From: a virus
Direction: 5' to 3' (one strand)
DNA: 64,000 bases
Virus record (IMG/VR): IMGVR_UViG_3300045125_000158
Span: 118,618-182,617 of that record
The notes beneath the pieces are model-generated. The model searched no databases and had not been told where the DNA came from. It saw nothing but the letters and a program-made list of their open reading frames with translations. The number at the start of each line of letters is the position of its first letter. Positions within the stretch are counted from its first letter, which is position 1. A program made the position numbers and the translations under genes. This document shows positions 11,359 through 24,452 of the stretch, one piece after another.

Positions 11359-13172
11359 TTATTGTTTTTCCGGATTTTCAGGATTAACTGGTTTAGCTGG
11401 ATTTTGCTGCATTTTTGGGGCTTCTTCTTTGTGCGGATTAATTTCTTGCTCACCTTTAGATCTTTCAAAAAGCTTCTGTGCAACACCCGTACCTTTTGAA
11501 GGTGTCAGACCTGGTAATAAGTCAACCATTACCATTTCACCCGTTTCATCTTCTTCATAGGATGCACCCATGCCTGTAATCATGTTTTTCATAATAAGCA
11601 ACGCTTCGTCAAAGGTGTCTGCTAAAGCCACGGTTCTCCATGGCGGCAATCTGTGCTTTCCTGTGGCTGTCATTCTTTCTGCAAATTGCCATCTATTAGA
11701 AGCTACTGTTTGTGTATAAACACCAAATTTAAGCCTATTTACAATTTCTGGCTTGCCCTCCTCGGCAACATATTCATGCTTGGTAGTAAATATTCCGCCT
11801 CTTGTTTTTCCTGGTGCAACATTTCGTGGGCTTACAAAAAATAGGTGACAATAAGAAAAATGTATAACCCTCAAGAGCCGTATGTGCAGACAGTAGCATC
11901 CCCACCCCTAGCAGCGACCTTATCATCTAAGTATTTTTTGAATGCCTTCAACGCAGGAATTGAATAGGGATACTCTGGCGTGCCAGGCTTTGCGTTACGC
12001 AACTTTTCAAGCTGTTGCAGCGTCAAAAGCGTATACATATTTCCATTTTTCTTTCATTTCTGCAAAAGACATACCCTCAGCAGCAACATCAACATCAACG
12101 CTTTCTGCAGGCTTCACGCCATGCATTTTATTTAATTTCTCAGGTACGATCAAGTTTTCAATTTGTTCTTTTGACAGATAAACTTCATTACCCACAGGTA
12201 AAGCACCTGGTCCTGCAGAATATCTTGTCATTTTTTGTAGATAAAATGCACCAGTTTCAGGCTCTGCAAATATCTTGAATACCTTTGCGTAAGTTACTGG
12301 ATCGGTTTTTCTAAGATTTTCAGCTACATTACAGCTTTCAAGCTTCTGTATATCTATAGAATCGAGAGGTCCATTAATCACAACACAACTTCTACCAATA
12401 TCTAATGGCTGCTTGAACCACTTTTTCTGCATCTGGGTAGCAACTCCTGGTTCAAAAATTCTAAACTGCTCTCTGTTTCTTTCTCCATCAGGATCCATAA
12501 ACCTACTGTCATCCTTCTATAACAAGAGTGAATCCATTTGCAACAGGAGCAACTTTGTAGCCTGCCATTTATATAAGATTTTGATTCAACTTCTCTTGTA
12601 TTATCAACAATTTCTCGTGTCTTTTGAATTTAGAACTCTTTTACGTTAAAAGGAAAGCCCTGATCTTGCAAATCCATATAGGCATATCCATAAATGCTAA
12701 ACCAATGATCCGAGCCTATATTTTTATGGATAATAGTACCAGCAACATCTTTTGGCAAACGACTTACAAGCGTTTCTGTTTCTGGGTTAAGCTGAATGTT
12801 GTATTGATCAATAAACTTGGCGGTTTCAACAAGTGTAGGAAAATTCTTTTCCAAATCCCCTAAAACCTCTGGTGTAACATGCGTATCTTTAGCAAAAGCT
12901 ATTCTTATCATGCCAGCATAATTTCTTTTTTCTTGATCTGTAGTTAAATATTTTGCGAATTCATTATAGAATGAATCAATTTTTTGTGCAAGATTTTGTT
13001 TGATATCTTCTGGTAAATCTAGCATTTTTTGCTTAGCAGAACTACGATTAAATATCTTAAACTTTAAACCATGCTCTTGGGTTCTTGTTTTTGTCCAAGA
13101 GCCACCAGTTGGAGGCATGTCTGCTATCTTAAGAATTTTATTGATCAGTTGTTTTGCTAATATATTTTTCAT
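11359..13172 (-). CDS. Hypothetical protein (three ORF pieces, probably one or two genes)
   Basis: ORFs 12630-13172, 12007-12498, 11359-11874 separated by apparent frameshifts; N-terminal ILKIAD motif. Confidence 0.45.
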
Positions 13173-13216
13173 GCTTTAACGTGCTCCGGAACCTCTGCAT
13201 TCAATAAATCTTCTTT

Positions 13217-13612
13217 TTATATTGAGGTTGATTTTCTCGGAATGGGTGTACCCCATCTTTTATTTGCGTATACAAGAGCTGCCTTAATATTGTGAAAATA
13301 CTCACCATATGGACTATAAGTTTTAGTGTCTGGATCTTTCGTAAACTCTTCAATAGGTATTTTCTTAACACCTGCAAAATAAACCTTACCTAAATTTTTA
13401 TGAACCGATGGACCTATAACAACATAGTAGATTGAATTTGTTGTATAATCATGACCTTCCCAACGATAATACGATCCAGCTCCTATTTGCTTTTCGAATC
13501 GTTTCTTCAATGGTTTTGATCTGGTACGATATGTTTCTTTCCATATAATACCACGATCACGTATTCTTTTGCGACCCGCTTCTTTGTATAAATTGTATGG
13601 CTCCGTACTCAT
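13217..13612 (-). CDS. Hypothetical protein
   Basis: 131-aa ORF with a GGAAGGA RBS; starts MSTEPYNLYKEAG. Confidence 0.6.
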   Translation of the reverse strand: MSTEPYNLYKEAGRKRIRDRGIIWKETYRTRSKPLKKRFEKQIGAGSYYRWEGHDYTTNSIYYVVIGPSVHKNLGKVYFAGVKKIPIEEFTKDPDTKTYSPYGEYFHNIKAALVYANKRWGTPIPRKSTSI

Positions 13613-13721
13613 CCTTCCTTCACCTCATTAACAATTTTACCAGCTAATATCAAGCATCCGTCGAACGGACTAAATTCAATAATTTTATAATTCACATTTA
13701 TTCCGCTTTCAGCCTTCTTAT

Positions 13722-16700
13722 TTATTGATTTTTTCTCTTTGCTGCACTTGCAATTTCTCTTTGTATTACAGTTGCAACTTTATCTATATGCTCATTTATT
13801 GCTTCTTCAGTAAACCTCACAACACGCCAACCCATGCTTGCAAGGTTATAATCTCTTTCTTTATCTTTTTGCTTATCTTCTGGTGATGAATGCCATTTCT
13901 GACCATCACATTCAATATCTATGCCTAACTCAGGCACAGCAAAATCCATAAGATAAAAATTAGATTTATTTTTGACTGGCTGTTTATACTGCGCAAATAA
14001 TCTAAATGGCAATTGCATCGAAATCAAAGTGCGATACATTTTTGATTCTGGTTTAGTCAATTGAATTGTGGCCATCTTAGGTTGCACAATTTCTTTTTCT
14101 TCAATCTTTGGGGCTCTGCCTCTGCGGTATATCTTTCCACTACCTGCCGCCGCCGCAGGCATCCCACCCGCAGGAGGTGCGCCTGCGCGCCTCCCATGCC
14201 CATGTCCATACCCGGCATACCACCGCCAGCAGCACCAGCTTCACCCGGAGCCCCACCAGGCATACCGCCCGCACCACCTAAATCTGCAGGCATAGCTCCT
14301 GCGCCACCACCCATACCGCCTAGACCACCAAGACCGCCTAAGCCACCGCCTGCACCACCTGCACCGCCTGCCAACTGGCCTGATTGCATAGCATTAACTT
14401 GTTCGCTACGTATTCTTTCAATTTCAATGTCATAATCTAAATCAAATTGTTCAAGCAAAGTCTGTTGCGATATAATACCACTCTGCTGTAATTGAATAAA
14501 CATTTGCATTTGATTTGTATTGTCTCGCAAACGCAAATCATTCCACTTTACACGCGGATACATGTAAACTGTTTCTGCCGTATTCTTCTGTTTCTTCTTC
14601 ATCAATAAAACCTTGCATCTTGGCTACAGGCAAAAATACGTGCTTCTCAATCCACTGTCCCAGTTCATTACGCCACGATTCAATTCTGCGAATCATTGTT
14701 TCAACACCAACCTGTGCAGAACTATATCCGGCCATTTCACCATTCAACAATGTTTGATTTAACATCAAACCATCAAGAATTTCTTTACCTATAGCTTCCA
14801 ATTCTTGCGTAATTTGATGTATCTTTCCGCTATTGCCGTGTATTTGCAATTCTTCCATTCCTACGAGTAATGATGAAGCCAGAAGGAACAGTTACGCAAT
14901 ACAACTTTGCCGGTGTAATCAGACCGAGAAATATGTGACTACGCACCTCGAATTTTGTATCAGTTCGATGTTCGGACCAATAAATTCTAAAAATATCTCG
15001 GCAATTTATATTTCTGCCATTTTCTTTTCTTGAATAAGATATATAACCTAGCTTTAGAAGAATTTCTTCGAAACTATTTGCTAATTCTTTAGATGTAGTT
15101 GTATATTTATATCTCGGTTTTTTGTTATCATGCCTTGCGCAACCGTCACCAGCCATCAATGCATTATAAAGTATTTGCAATTTATCTTTTTGGCAAATCT
15201 CGTATCCAACGTGGAATTTTCTTTTCTTCCGAACGTGAACCAAACTCTTCTGCCATATAACGCGCAATTTTGACGTTGTTTATTGTGAAGTTACAGAAAG
15301 TATCGTTACCTCTATCATCCTCTGTCTCAGAGAAATTAGGATACACAAGCCCCACAACTTCTTTCATAGATGCATAAATTGGACTATGACGATTTTGTCC
15401 AATTGCACAAGCCTGAATTTTGCTTGTCTATTGCCAATCTCTTAGCTGTCTCCTCTCTCTAACTCCGCCTTCACTTAGATAGTAACCAACAAACTCAAGA
15501 TAATCATCAAGAACTAAATATGCGCAAGCGGACTATCTCTGTATGGCAGATTTGCAGGAATTCTACCTTTGCCATTCAACTCTGTCAACGAATTTGTCAC
15601 CATGCTTGACATGTTGCGATAGTTCTTCTATCAAATTGCCATTTCTTTCGACAAGCATTCTGTGATTAGGTGTCGCCACAAACATCCACGCCTCTCGAAT
15701 TAAAGTTGATCATCTTTGTGGGTGTCTGATGATTTTAAAGTCATATTGATGATATTGCTGTATTTGCTGCCATTGCATTTTTTGACCACTTTGCTTGTCA
15801 TATGCAGCAACTATTACGTCTTTGTCAATATCCCTTCAACAGCTTCCAGCCATCAACAGTAAGTATTTCTGTTTGGTTCATCGCGACATGCCGTACCACT
15901 CATAGTCAAAGTGATTGTGCGTAACTATAGTTAAGTTAGGATCATTGGCTACAGCCGCAAGTCGCGCAGAAGCGTCAGCAATTGCATCATCATCAGCTGG
16001 CCTATCATCACTACCTATCTTTACCACACGCACAGGCAAAATTAATCGTTCTGCAACGATCCAGTTTGCTGTCATGAGTTTTGTTTTATAAGCTAAAATA
16101 GTAAACAAAGCGACGTATCAACGACTCACCGTATGTACCATAAGGCACGCCACCATGTTTCAAATGACTTGTTACTCGATTAGATAACAATATTGGCTTT
16201 TTTACCGAGAATTCTGCGGCTTTTAATATTTTCAGGTATTTGATCGTACAGAAATTTAGGCTGTTTTGTTGCAATTACTCTCTGGATTTCCTCGTCTGGC
16301 AACAAAACTATTTGTGGCTCTTGCGAAATAGGAGTTTTCATAACCTCAATCCAGTCAGGATTAAGAACAGTTATCTTAGATATAGTACCGTCAGCGTGAT
16401 TGCAAACTTCGCCACTATCTTTATCTACTCCGCTTCCATGACAGTGAGGGCAAGAAATTTCCGTCATCACAAAAACATCACCCAACAAAAATCGTTGGTG
16501 ACTTATCATTCTACACCAGTACATCAAGTCTATTTTTTCTACTAAACGCTCAAAATAACGTAATACGCTTTTCTTCTTGCACTCTAGCTTCATGCCGTTA
16601 ATTGGAAATTGGCTATAAAAGTCGATACCAGCGGCAACTTTTGGTTCATTTTCATAATAGAATCTAGCCCATTGATATACTTCTTTTCTTTTACTTGCAA

Positions 16701-16941
16701 TTTGCCAGTTTTGAGGCGTATGCAAAGGAGAAAAGAACATGGGCTGCGTCATAATAACATTAGCACCAGCACCAGCAAACTGTGCTGCTTTTGTAATAGG
16801 CACGCTTACAACGCTACTTGCTGTATAATTAGCATTGCTTGCATCACTATTTTTTACGACTAAACCTTTTGCTGCCATAGCTTTTGCTGCCGTTTTCTTA
16901 GTAGGCAATTGCATTTTAATCGGTTTTTGATTTTCATCCAT
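13722..16941 (-). CDS. Portal protein with an intein, Gly-rich linker and C-terminal DUF559-like nuclease domain (frameshifted)
   Basis: WARFYYENEPKVAAGIDFYSQFP, VLNPDW, KHGGVPYGTYGES, EWYG(A)|SGKI, VKWNDLRLRD; lies between head genes and terminase; C-terminal MDFAVPELGIDIECDGQKWH...GWRVVRF. Confidence 0.8.
14832..15888 (-). mobile_element. Intein with LAGLIDADG endonuclease in the portal (about 350 aa)
   Basis: Begins C.DE.TEILTVDGWK after EWYG (needs a 1-nt correction); contains ALMAGDG; ends YCVTVPSGFIITRRNG..IHGN|SGKI. Confidence 0.8.
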
Positions 16942-16988
16942 AGCTTACCTCAGTCTTCTAATCCTAAATTTTCTGCCGAAGATTTTAT

Positions 16989-18564
16989 TTATGCGTCTAA
17001 ATCTTCATCAACAGTTTCTGTTTCAACATGCGGATCAGAGTATGTTTTACTAGGATTTATCGGTTTGATGTCTAAATTTGCTTGTGCAGATTTTTGTACG
17101 GATGGATTTATTAACACATCAGTAGGTCTTGCATCAATTGGTTTTTCCTTTTTCGCATCAGCCTGCTGCGGCTTAATCGTTGTAGGAACACCTCTTAATG
17201 AGCCATTGCAATTCTCGCAATGAGTAGCAATAGCTGAATTGGTAGAAAAACAGAAAGGACATGTTTTTTGTCCCTTCAGTTTTTCCTTTTTATATATACC
17301 TTTTGAAAGCGAGAACGGATCTTTAGACGCTGTTACTTTTTTTACAGTTTGACCACTCCAATCATAAAGATTGGATGGCTCATACTCCGTCTCTGTAGGC
17401 GAATAACCACGATCTTTTGCATGTTCCTTACGTGCTGCAGTCAACGCGCCTCAAACGTCGAAAATTCTGGCATATATGGACGACGCTTTTGTCCTGGCAA
17501 CAATTGCAGATTATTACCTTCAGGAATGTTGCGATCAACTTCAAAACGCTTGTTGATATAACCGCCAACGTATTCACCCTTTTCATTGCGATAAGGACGC
17601 GAATACTTGTCCATAACGTTGCCACGCCAGAATGTATCAAAGTCAATCGCCTTATCATCAAAAATAAAGTTATGATCTCTGGCTCTTAACCACGTATGCC
17701 AATCACTAGCCAAGAAACCTACGTTACTCCACTGGCAGAATTCTCGCAATGATTCTGGACCGAAGTTTAAGAACTCGGTATGATGCTGCCCATTAAACTG
17801 AGCTTGCTTTTTAAGATTATAAGACTTCGCAGTCTTAACATTAACTGATTTAGCTGCTTGCTTAGCAAATGCTTTTATTTTGCTTTCAGCTTCTTTAATT
17901 ACATTTTGTATAGAAGCTTTAGTATAAGTTGCTTTCACAGATTCCACTCCTTCACCGCTTGGGCCTATAGCCTCATAAATGTCAGTCAAAATTCTTATTC
18001 TATCAACTTCGCTTCTATCGGGTTCAAAATATCTTTGTGCAGCATCTTTTACTGTCTCTTGCTTATCTACAGGAGACTGCGTAATTAAATTATTGATAAA
18101 CATCGGGTCTTTTTCAGCGTCATCTTTTTTGCAATTCTTGCTCAAACATTTGCTTCAATTCATCAAAACTATTTACGCGAAACTCTTGTTCCTGAGTTGC
18201 TGGCTCCTGCGTTGGCTGATTTATTTCAGTCATTTCATTTTGTGGAGCAACTAAATTTGTGTCTATTTGAGAAATTTTTCGCAAATTATATGGCATTTTT
18301 GTTGACGCTGTAGCCAAAGCTTCTTCTACCTCAAACATCGTCTCCACAGTGTCTTGTCCTGTTTCTTTTGCTATTTGCTGCGTTTCATCCAATCCGTCTT
18401 TTAATTTTGTCAATTGATTTATTTGGCTTGCTGGTGTATCTGCGCGGATCCACCATAGGCTTGATTGTTTCCAGTTTTTTATTGAGATTATCACCTCAAC
18501 AGCTGGATTACCAAGCGTTTGCGTAAGCTCTCACAGAAATTGGCAGATTGGAATTTATAGGCAT
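16989..18564 (-). CDS. Hypothetical head-associated protein with C-terminal CPFC/CENC zinc ribbon (frameshifted)
   Basis: ATG at 18564 overlapping the upstream stop (TAATG), AAGGA RBS; ORFs 18120-18494, 17441-18145, 16989-17444; motifs YNLRKISQ and YNLKKQAQ. Confidence 0.55.
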
Positions 18565-19335
18565 TAAGATTCCTTATTTTGACTATTTAATGCATTGAAC
18601 AATCTATCAACGGCATCATTGTGCATGCTTTTGTAGTTGCTACTCTTGTTTTCGTCCATAAGAGCGTCTACTAATTTATCGGTTGCTTGTTTAGCTGTTT
18701 TTACTTGCTTTGTATTATGGACTTTGGCTTGCTTTACTTCTTTTCCTCGACCTTAGGATTTACTCTATTTTCCAAAGCTGTAAGTCTATCAAAATTAGTG
18801 TTCTCATCAAACATGCTGATTTTATTGGCAGGAATCCACCCTTTACCGCTGCTATTTGCGCTTACAGAATTGACGCTTGCAGACTTGTTAGTAATAACAT
18901 CTTCTGCACCAAGTTTAGGAGCAAAACTTTGCTTATACTCTGCTTGTTTGAGTTGGCGAACTCTATCAGCTGATTCTTTTCAATTTGCGTTGTTTCTCTA
19001 GAAGATAGAGTGCCAGCAATTTTCTCAAGACTTGAAGCGTCCCATATTGTGTTTTTATTTGACGTATTGCCTTGACTCTTTGTTCCGCCATTATTGGTAA
19101 TACCACCATCTACCGCACAGCGACTTGATCTTACGCTTGAAGAATTACGAGCAAGAGTATCTCCATAACGACTTTGTGCAGTTTTAGGCTCAGCCCAACT
19201 ACGGTCTTTTTGTATAACTTTTTCCTGCTTCATTTCAGGTTGACGCTCGTTCATTTCTTTACGATAGTCCTTTTTATCCTCATTATTGATAAACGAATTC
19301 AGAGAATTCAAATTCTGAGATTGCTTATGTAGCAT
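18564..19335 (-). CDS. Hypothetical protein (frameshifted)
   Basis: GGAGG RBS and ATG at 19335; ORF 18862-19347 plus its continuation. Confidence 0.5.
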
Positions 19336-19392
19336 GCTTTCCTCCAAATCCCTCGTTTGACGAGAGAATTTATAATATTATTTTTACTTTCT

Positions 19393-20043
19393 TTAATAAA
19401 CGTATTGTTGCGAATGAGCTGCTTTTTCTGACTGCGGATTAAGAACCTCATCCAATGAACTATCCGTAATAGTTTCTTGAGTTTTAGGCGCAATCTTAAA
19501 GGTAAACTTATAATTTGCTTTTGTGCCTTCAATAATTTGCAAAGTTAACTTTGTAACATTAAATTTGCCAGCAAATATTTTTAGCAATATCAACCGCTTT
19601 TTCCTGCTCAAGCGATTCGCCCTTAATTTCTGCAGGTAGAATGAAAAAATCCGCTAGATCCTCCACCACCCATTACGTCTACATTTATATCAAACAGACC
19701 ATTCTTTTTACCAAGTTTTATCTCGATACCCAGATCATGGCAACAATTTATAATAGGCAGATCTCATATCTTGCCTATCTGTATTAGATTTTTTGCACAT
19801 CTTTTGGGCGCAGAAAATAAGCTATCAAATTTATTTTTATTAAAACCAGACGGTTTATTACCTTTGCTTTCAGAAAGATCTCTTTTGCAAATCAGCAATA
19901 GGATTATAGTTTGATCCTATATCCTCTTGTTCAATTAATGGCCTAGATTCTGGTGATGCAGAATCTAAATCACCAATAGCATCATATTGCATGGATTTCT
20001 GAGCGGTCGTAATTTTACGTTTACCATTAGGAGATATACGCAT
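19393..20043 (-). CDS. Hypothetical protein (frameshifted)
   Basis: GGGAG RBS; starts MRISPNGKRKITTAQ; C-terminal ORF 19393-19611. Confidence 0.45.
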
Positions 20044-20059
20044 TATGCTCTCCCTTGTA

Positions 20060-20489
20060 TTACTTGTCAGCGAACATAGCCTCTACATACTCTGATGGAT
20101 AAAGCTTCTTCCAATAAGCCTTCCACTCGCTCTTGGTTTTGGCATCAAGATTGGCAATCTTTACCATGTTGGTGGAATTTGCATAGCAAGCTTCTTTTTC
20201 TTCCTTTGGCTTTTCACCATCAGATTTAGCCCCATCAGGATGACATTCGCCTTCCTTTTCTTTCTTGTCAATGATTTTTCTGCAGTTTTTCAGGCAACTT
20301 ATCTTGCTTGCCCGTCTAGACACTCATCTGCGCCCTTTAACCTCTGCCTCTACAACCTTTGCAGTCACTGCTGAGGTATTTGCAGATGCTTGTTTTGCAA
20401 TCTTGTTATTTGCATTAGCAATCTTTTCTATAAACTCTGCGAAATTTTGGGTCTTACCCGTTGATATCTTATTTTGTATAAAATTTCAT
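20060..20489 (-). CDS. Small hypothetical head protein (frameshifted)
   Basis: AAGGAG RBS and ATG at 20489; ends KIANLDAKTKSEWKAYWKKLYPSEYVEAMFADK. Confidence 0.55.
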
Positions 20490-20610
20490 ACTTTGCTCCT
20501 TATGAAAGCTGATTTTATTGTATTCATTACAAGAAATATTTTTCCTTCATTCAACTGTTATTAATTTTTATTACGCATTCAGTCTACGTCATAACCTCCG
20601 AATTGCATTC

Positions 20611-20669
20611 CTCCAGGTGTCGTTGGGGTTCCAGGTGTAGTTGGGGTTCCAGGTGTGGTTGGAGCTGAA
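20611..20669 (-). repeat. Coding 18-nt tandem repeat, about 3 copies (PTTPGT)
   Basis: Plus strand TCCAGGTGT(C/A/G)GTTGG(G/A)G repeated three times. Confidence 0.7.
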
Positions 20670-21111
20670 GGCATTTTTAGACCTATACTCTTAGCCAAAT
20701 TAGTGCCAAAATTTTTGTCGGATCTCTGCTGCCAAATTGATTATATGGGCAGTTGTTTGACGAGATTCTTTGCCTTTGGTATTAGCTATGACATTTATAT
20801 TTGTATTTATTTGTTTTATTATTTCTGCTGCTAACTAAAGGCTTGACAGCCTGATTGATTGCTTGAGTGATGTTGGTTTTAAACTTATTATCTACTGACT
20901 TCATTAAATTAGCTAATTGTGTCATTTGTATTTTATTACTCATAGCTGCAGCTTTAAGGTATTATCAATTTCTTGCACTATCATATTGAGAGCTTTGTCT
21001 CTTTTTTGAGGTAACGCAGCTTCTTTTATAAGTTCAACTTTGCTTGCTTTTTTCAAAACATTTTTCACAATATTTTCATTACCACAAATTTTCACTTTTT
21101 GCTCCAATAGT

Positions 21112-22253
21112 TTATGACATAAAGAAATCACGCAATGCTAATTTACGATCCGATGGTAGTTTTTGTAAATATTGGGCAACAGCCACTCTACCAGGTTGTG
21201 TGGGTGTTGGACCTTTTCCAAATACATGATTCATAATTTCCATAGCTACTGCTGGCTTAGCTTGGAATATATTCTTGATATTTGTTTCATCAGGAGTAGG
21301 ACTGAAAGCCGCAGCAGCCGGGACGCGACCAGTGGCTGTGCTGATTCCATTTGCAATATTATTGGTCATATATTGCAATTGCTGCATTATCTTATCTACA
21401 TCATCTTTGCTTCTTCCTAGCTGCATAATAGCCTCGCCCAGAGCCTTGTCTGTAGCTGCGTCCTTATTTATTTGCTTAAAATAGATTAGTGACTTCGACT
21501 GAGCAACAAACACAGCTTGCATTTGCTTTAACATAGCCTGGGTATTAGCAAGGCTTTTTTGTAGTGATGAAATACTTTTTTCCGCTTGATTGGCCATAGC
21601 GTCACCAGCTCTTCGATTTTTCCCTGCTTGACCTCTAAATTTATCTACAAATTTACTAATGAAGTTTTGTGATTCTTTAAAGATTTTGCAATCCAGCATT
21701 CGCGGTTTTTATAGCACTGTTTATGTCTAATTTTTTGTTACTTAAAACATCGTTTATTTGACTATGTATCTGTGCATGCTTTCTAAGAACTAATATATCA
21801 ACATCTGCTGTTTTAATTTGCTCGATACTATCAAATACAGCGGTTGGAAAATCTTTACCTTGATCAATATTTGCTGTTACCAAATTTACAAATTCTTTTG
21901 TGAAGAATATTGTCTCGACTCTTGAGTTGATGCGCTCTTAATCAACTTACCATTTTCTGAAGCATATTTGTCCCACTTTGAACCATCATTATTTAATGAC
22001 TCAACATATTCTTTCTGACACTCCATCCATACTTCTTGTGCTGCCATTTTTGGTTTTTCTGTTCTCTTGTGCCTATAGCAATTGCTCCAGCATCTACTAT
22101 TGCGAACAGCATAACCTTGGAAACCCACGCATGCGCAGTTTTAATAAGCATTAAATCGCTTGCTACTTTATCTAATTGTAAAGCTTCTTGTACATTATTG
22201 TTTTTGTCAAGCTGCTCAGCCAATTCAATTAATGATTTGATAACTGTTTCCAT
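21112..22253 (-). CDS. Hypothetical protein(s) (frameshifted)
   Basis: ORFs 21993-22253, 21886-22128, 21677-21883, 21112-21699; GAGG RBS; motifs IKTA, WDKYAS, IKSAS. Confidence 0.5.
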
Positions 22254-22387
22254 ATTTATCCTCTAAAATTGCAATCTTCCAACAAAATCGATTCTTATTG
22301 TTATTTGCCAGAAAAATTTACAAATCCTTTTTTTATTATACAATTAATTTTATTGATTATCTAACTACAAACTTGGGTTTAAATTGT

Positions 22388-23331
22388 CTACCTACAAAAG
22401 AAAACTCTTATATTCGCTAAGCGAAATGCACGTATTCCGCCTGCAGTTTCGTCGTATGTAACCAAAATTTGATGACTTGGCTCATTTTCTGGATGCGATA
22501 CAAATCTACCATGCGGTTCAATATAGCGTGTTATAAGATTATTACCTAACAACTGATTTTTACGTCTTTTTCTTGTTGTTTGATAACTTATTTTCACGAC
22601 TTGCTGATTTTCTAGGCCCCAATTGAAAGCGTCAGACATATTACTAAATCTTGGTATTTCTTTCTCAAGCTGATCTACCGACTTCGGCTCCAATTCTTTT
22701 ATAGTCGGAGGCACGGTTGGTTCTATGCCTTCCTCTTCTTGTTTTTCTCTTTGTTCTTGAATGCTATCTTCAAGATACTGACCGATTTCATCTTGATCAA
22801 AACCGGAAGATTTCTGTAGCTGATCTTTCTTGGCTTTTTCTTCATCATAATATTTAAAATAATCTTCAAGAGTTGGATATTTTGCAACAATTTCATCTGT
22901 TACTTGTTAGTGTGCTTTTTATCTAATTTACTTTTACTTTTGTCATCTTTGACGAATTTTAAAGTTGCAAATACTTTTTATCACGATCCTTTTCAATCAA
23001 TATTCGATCGCCTACACGTATACCATGATCTTCAAAAAATCCAAGATTAGTTTCAACTGCATACTTACATTTTTCAGTACTCTGCACGCTTTTTCTTGAC
23101 AACGGCGTTATGATTTCTATATTTTTTATGACGCCTTCTTTGTCAACAAAAGCAATGTCTAAGGGAATGTACGTATTTTCTCCCAAAACTTAATTTTTGT
23201 GATGATCCAAATACAAATAACATACCATCGTTTTTAGCCATCTTTTTTACAAACATCAAACCTTTTGCTTGTAACTTCAGGAGTGTCAGCTATTTTAACA
23301 TGTAAATTTATGGTACATTATTTATTGTCAT
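22388..23331 (-). CDS. DUF192-family protein apparently fused to a C-terminal WYL-like domain (frameshifted)
   Basis: KIADTPEVQAKGLMF...GMLFVF...WGENTYIPLDIAFVD...YAVETNLG (DUF192); VKISYQT...RYIEPH...TYDETAGGIRAFRLANI (WYL-like). Confidence 0.65.
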
Positions 23332-23776
23332 AGTTATTCAAAATATTTTATTTTACTTATCTCAAGTGAGTTGCAAATATAATCATAAACATCATCTTCT
23401 ACATTTATGGCTATTATATTGAGATCTGAGCCTTCTTCGTTTCTATCAATAAACCTGCTATTCTGCCTAATCCAGCTTTCAATATGCATCTTGTTATTGC
23501 TTTTTTCTGCAACTTTTACATTTTTTGCTCAACATCAACATCTATTTTCTTGCTTGAGAAGTTGTACTTAAATTGCAAATTGGAATCCTGAAATGTACGC
23601 ATCTTCTTATCTTTGATATCATACCAGAACAATTGCTGTTCAATCTTTTTCTTTTGAACAATAGAGTTTTGTATTTCAAGATAAATAGTTTTCATATTTC
23701 ATCTTATCGTACCAGCCAAGAAATTGATTATAACCTGCAGTTTTTTCCAAAGCAAAACTATTATCATTAAGTATCA

Positions 23777-24052
23777 TTACCTTAAGTGAGGCTGCGCTTT
23801 TTCGGTTATTTTTATATATTTACCATGCTCTTCTATCAAACCAGCAGATATCATTTTTGTAATATCAGCATTTGGTAAATTCGATGGTTTTTCAAATTTC
23901 CTGTTGGCGGTTTTGCCAGAATTATTCCATAAAGAATATAAAAAGTCTCCGGTCTTGTCATTTTTCCCGAGGTTGTTATTTTTGACATTTTGTAGAGCAG
24001 GCATAATCTGCAATAACATGTCCAATAAAGATTGTTGTGCTGTCTTTTTCAT
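23777..24052 (-). CDS. Hypothetical protein
   Basis: 91-aa ORF starting MKKTAQ. Confidence 0.5.
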   Translation of the reverse strand: MKKTAQQSLLDMLLQIMPALQNVKNNNLGKNDKTGDFLYSLWNNSGKTANRKFEKPSNLPNADITKMISAGLIEEHGKYIKITEKAQPHLR

Positions 24053-24277
24053 TTAGTTCCTTATTCTGCTAGCTGGAAGATTCATTCCTGGCTTACGAAG
24101 TAACACTCTTATTTGATATTGCATATTTTCAAGTTCAGCAGCTTCGCCAGGAGTAATTGCAGTAAGAGAAGGTAATCGTAACAGTTTGAAATTACGAATG
24201 AGTTGCGTAACCATAGGATTCACAGGCGAATTGTAATTTTGCGCAATTTTTTTGATTGAAAAATAATTCATTTCCAT
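24053..24277 (-). CDS. Hypothetical protein
   Basis: 74-aa ORF starting MEMNYFSIKKIAQ. Confidence 0.5.
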   Translation of the reverse strand: MEMNYFSIKKIAQNYNSPVNPMVTQLIRNFKLLRLPSLTAITPGEAAELENMQYQIRVLLRKPGMNLPASRIRN

Positions 24278-24452
24278 AGTAAATTCCTGTGAGGATACGG
24301 ATTTTCACCCTCTTTACCCCAAAGATATGGCTCATTCCTAATTTCACGCCAGTAGGTGCCATTATTGTTTAGTGGATCATTGTAGGTAGTAAAACCCTTA
24401 GTGTACCTTTATCTGTGATCGCAAATCTCTGCTTCTACCTCTTACTTCTTCA

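Noticed and set aside
11874-11910. GAGCCGTATG resembling group II intron domain V
   Set aside because: The 3' arm (GTACGGTTC) is missing, there is no RT gene, and the stretch reads as protein on the minus strand.
20611-20669. Three 18-nt repeats as a mini-CRISPR array
   Set aside because: No spacers; they encode PTTPGT repeats; no cas genes are present.
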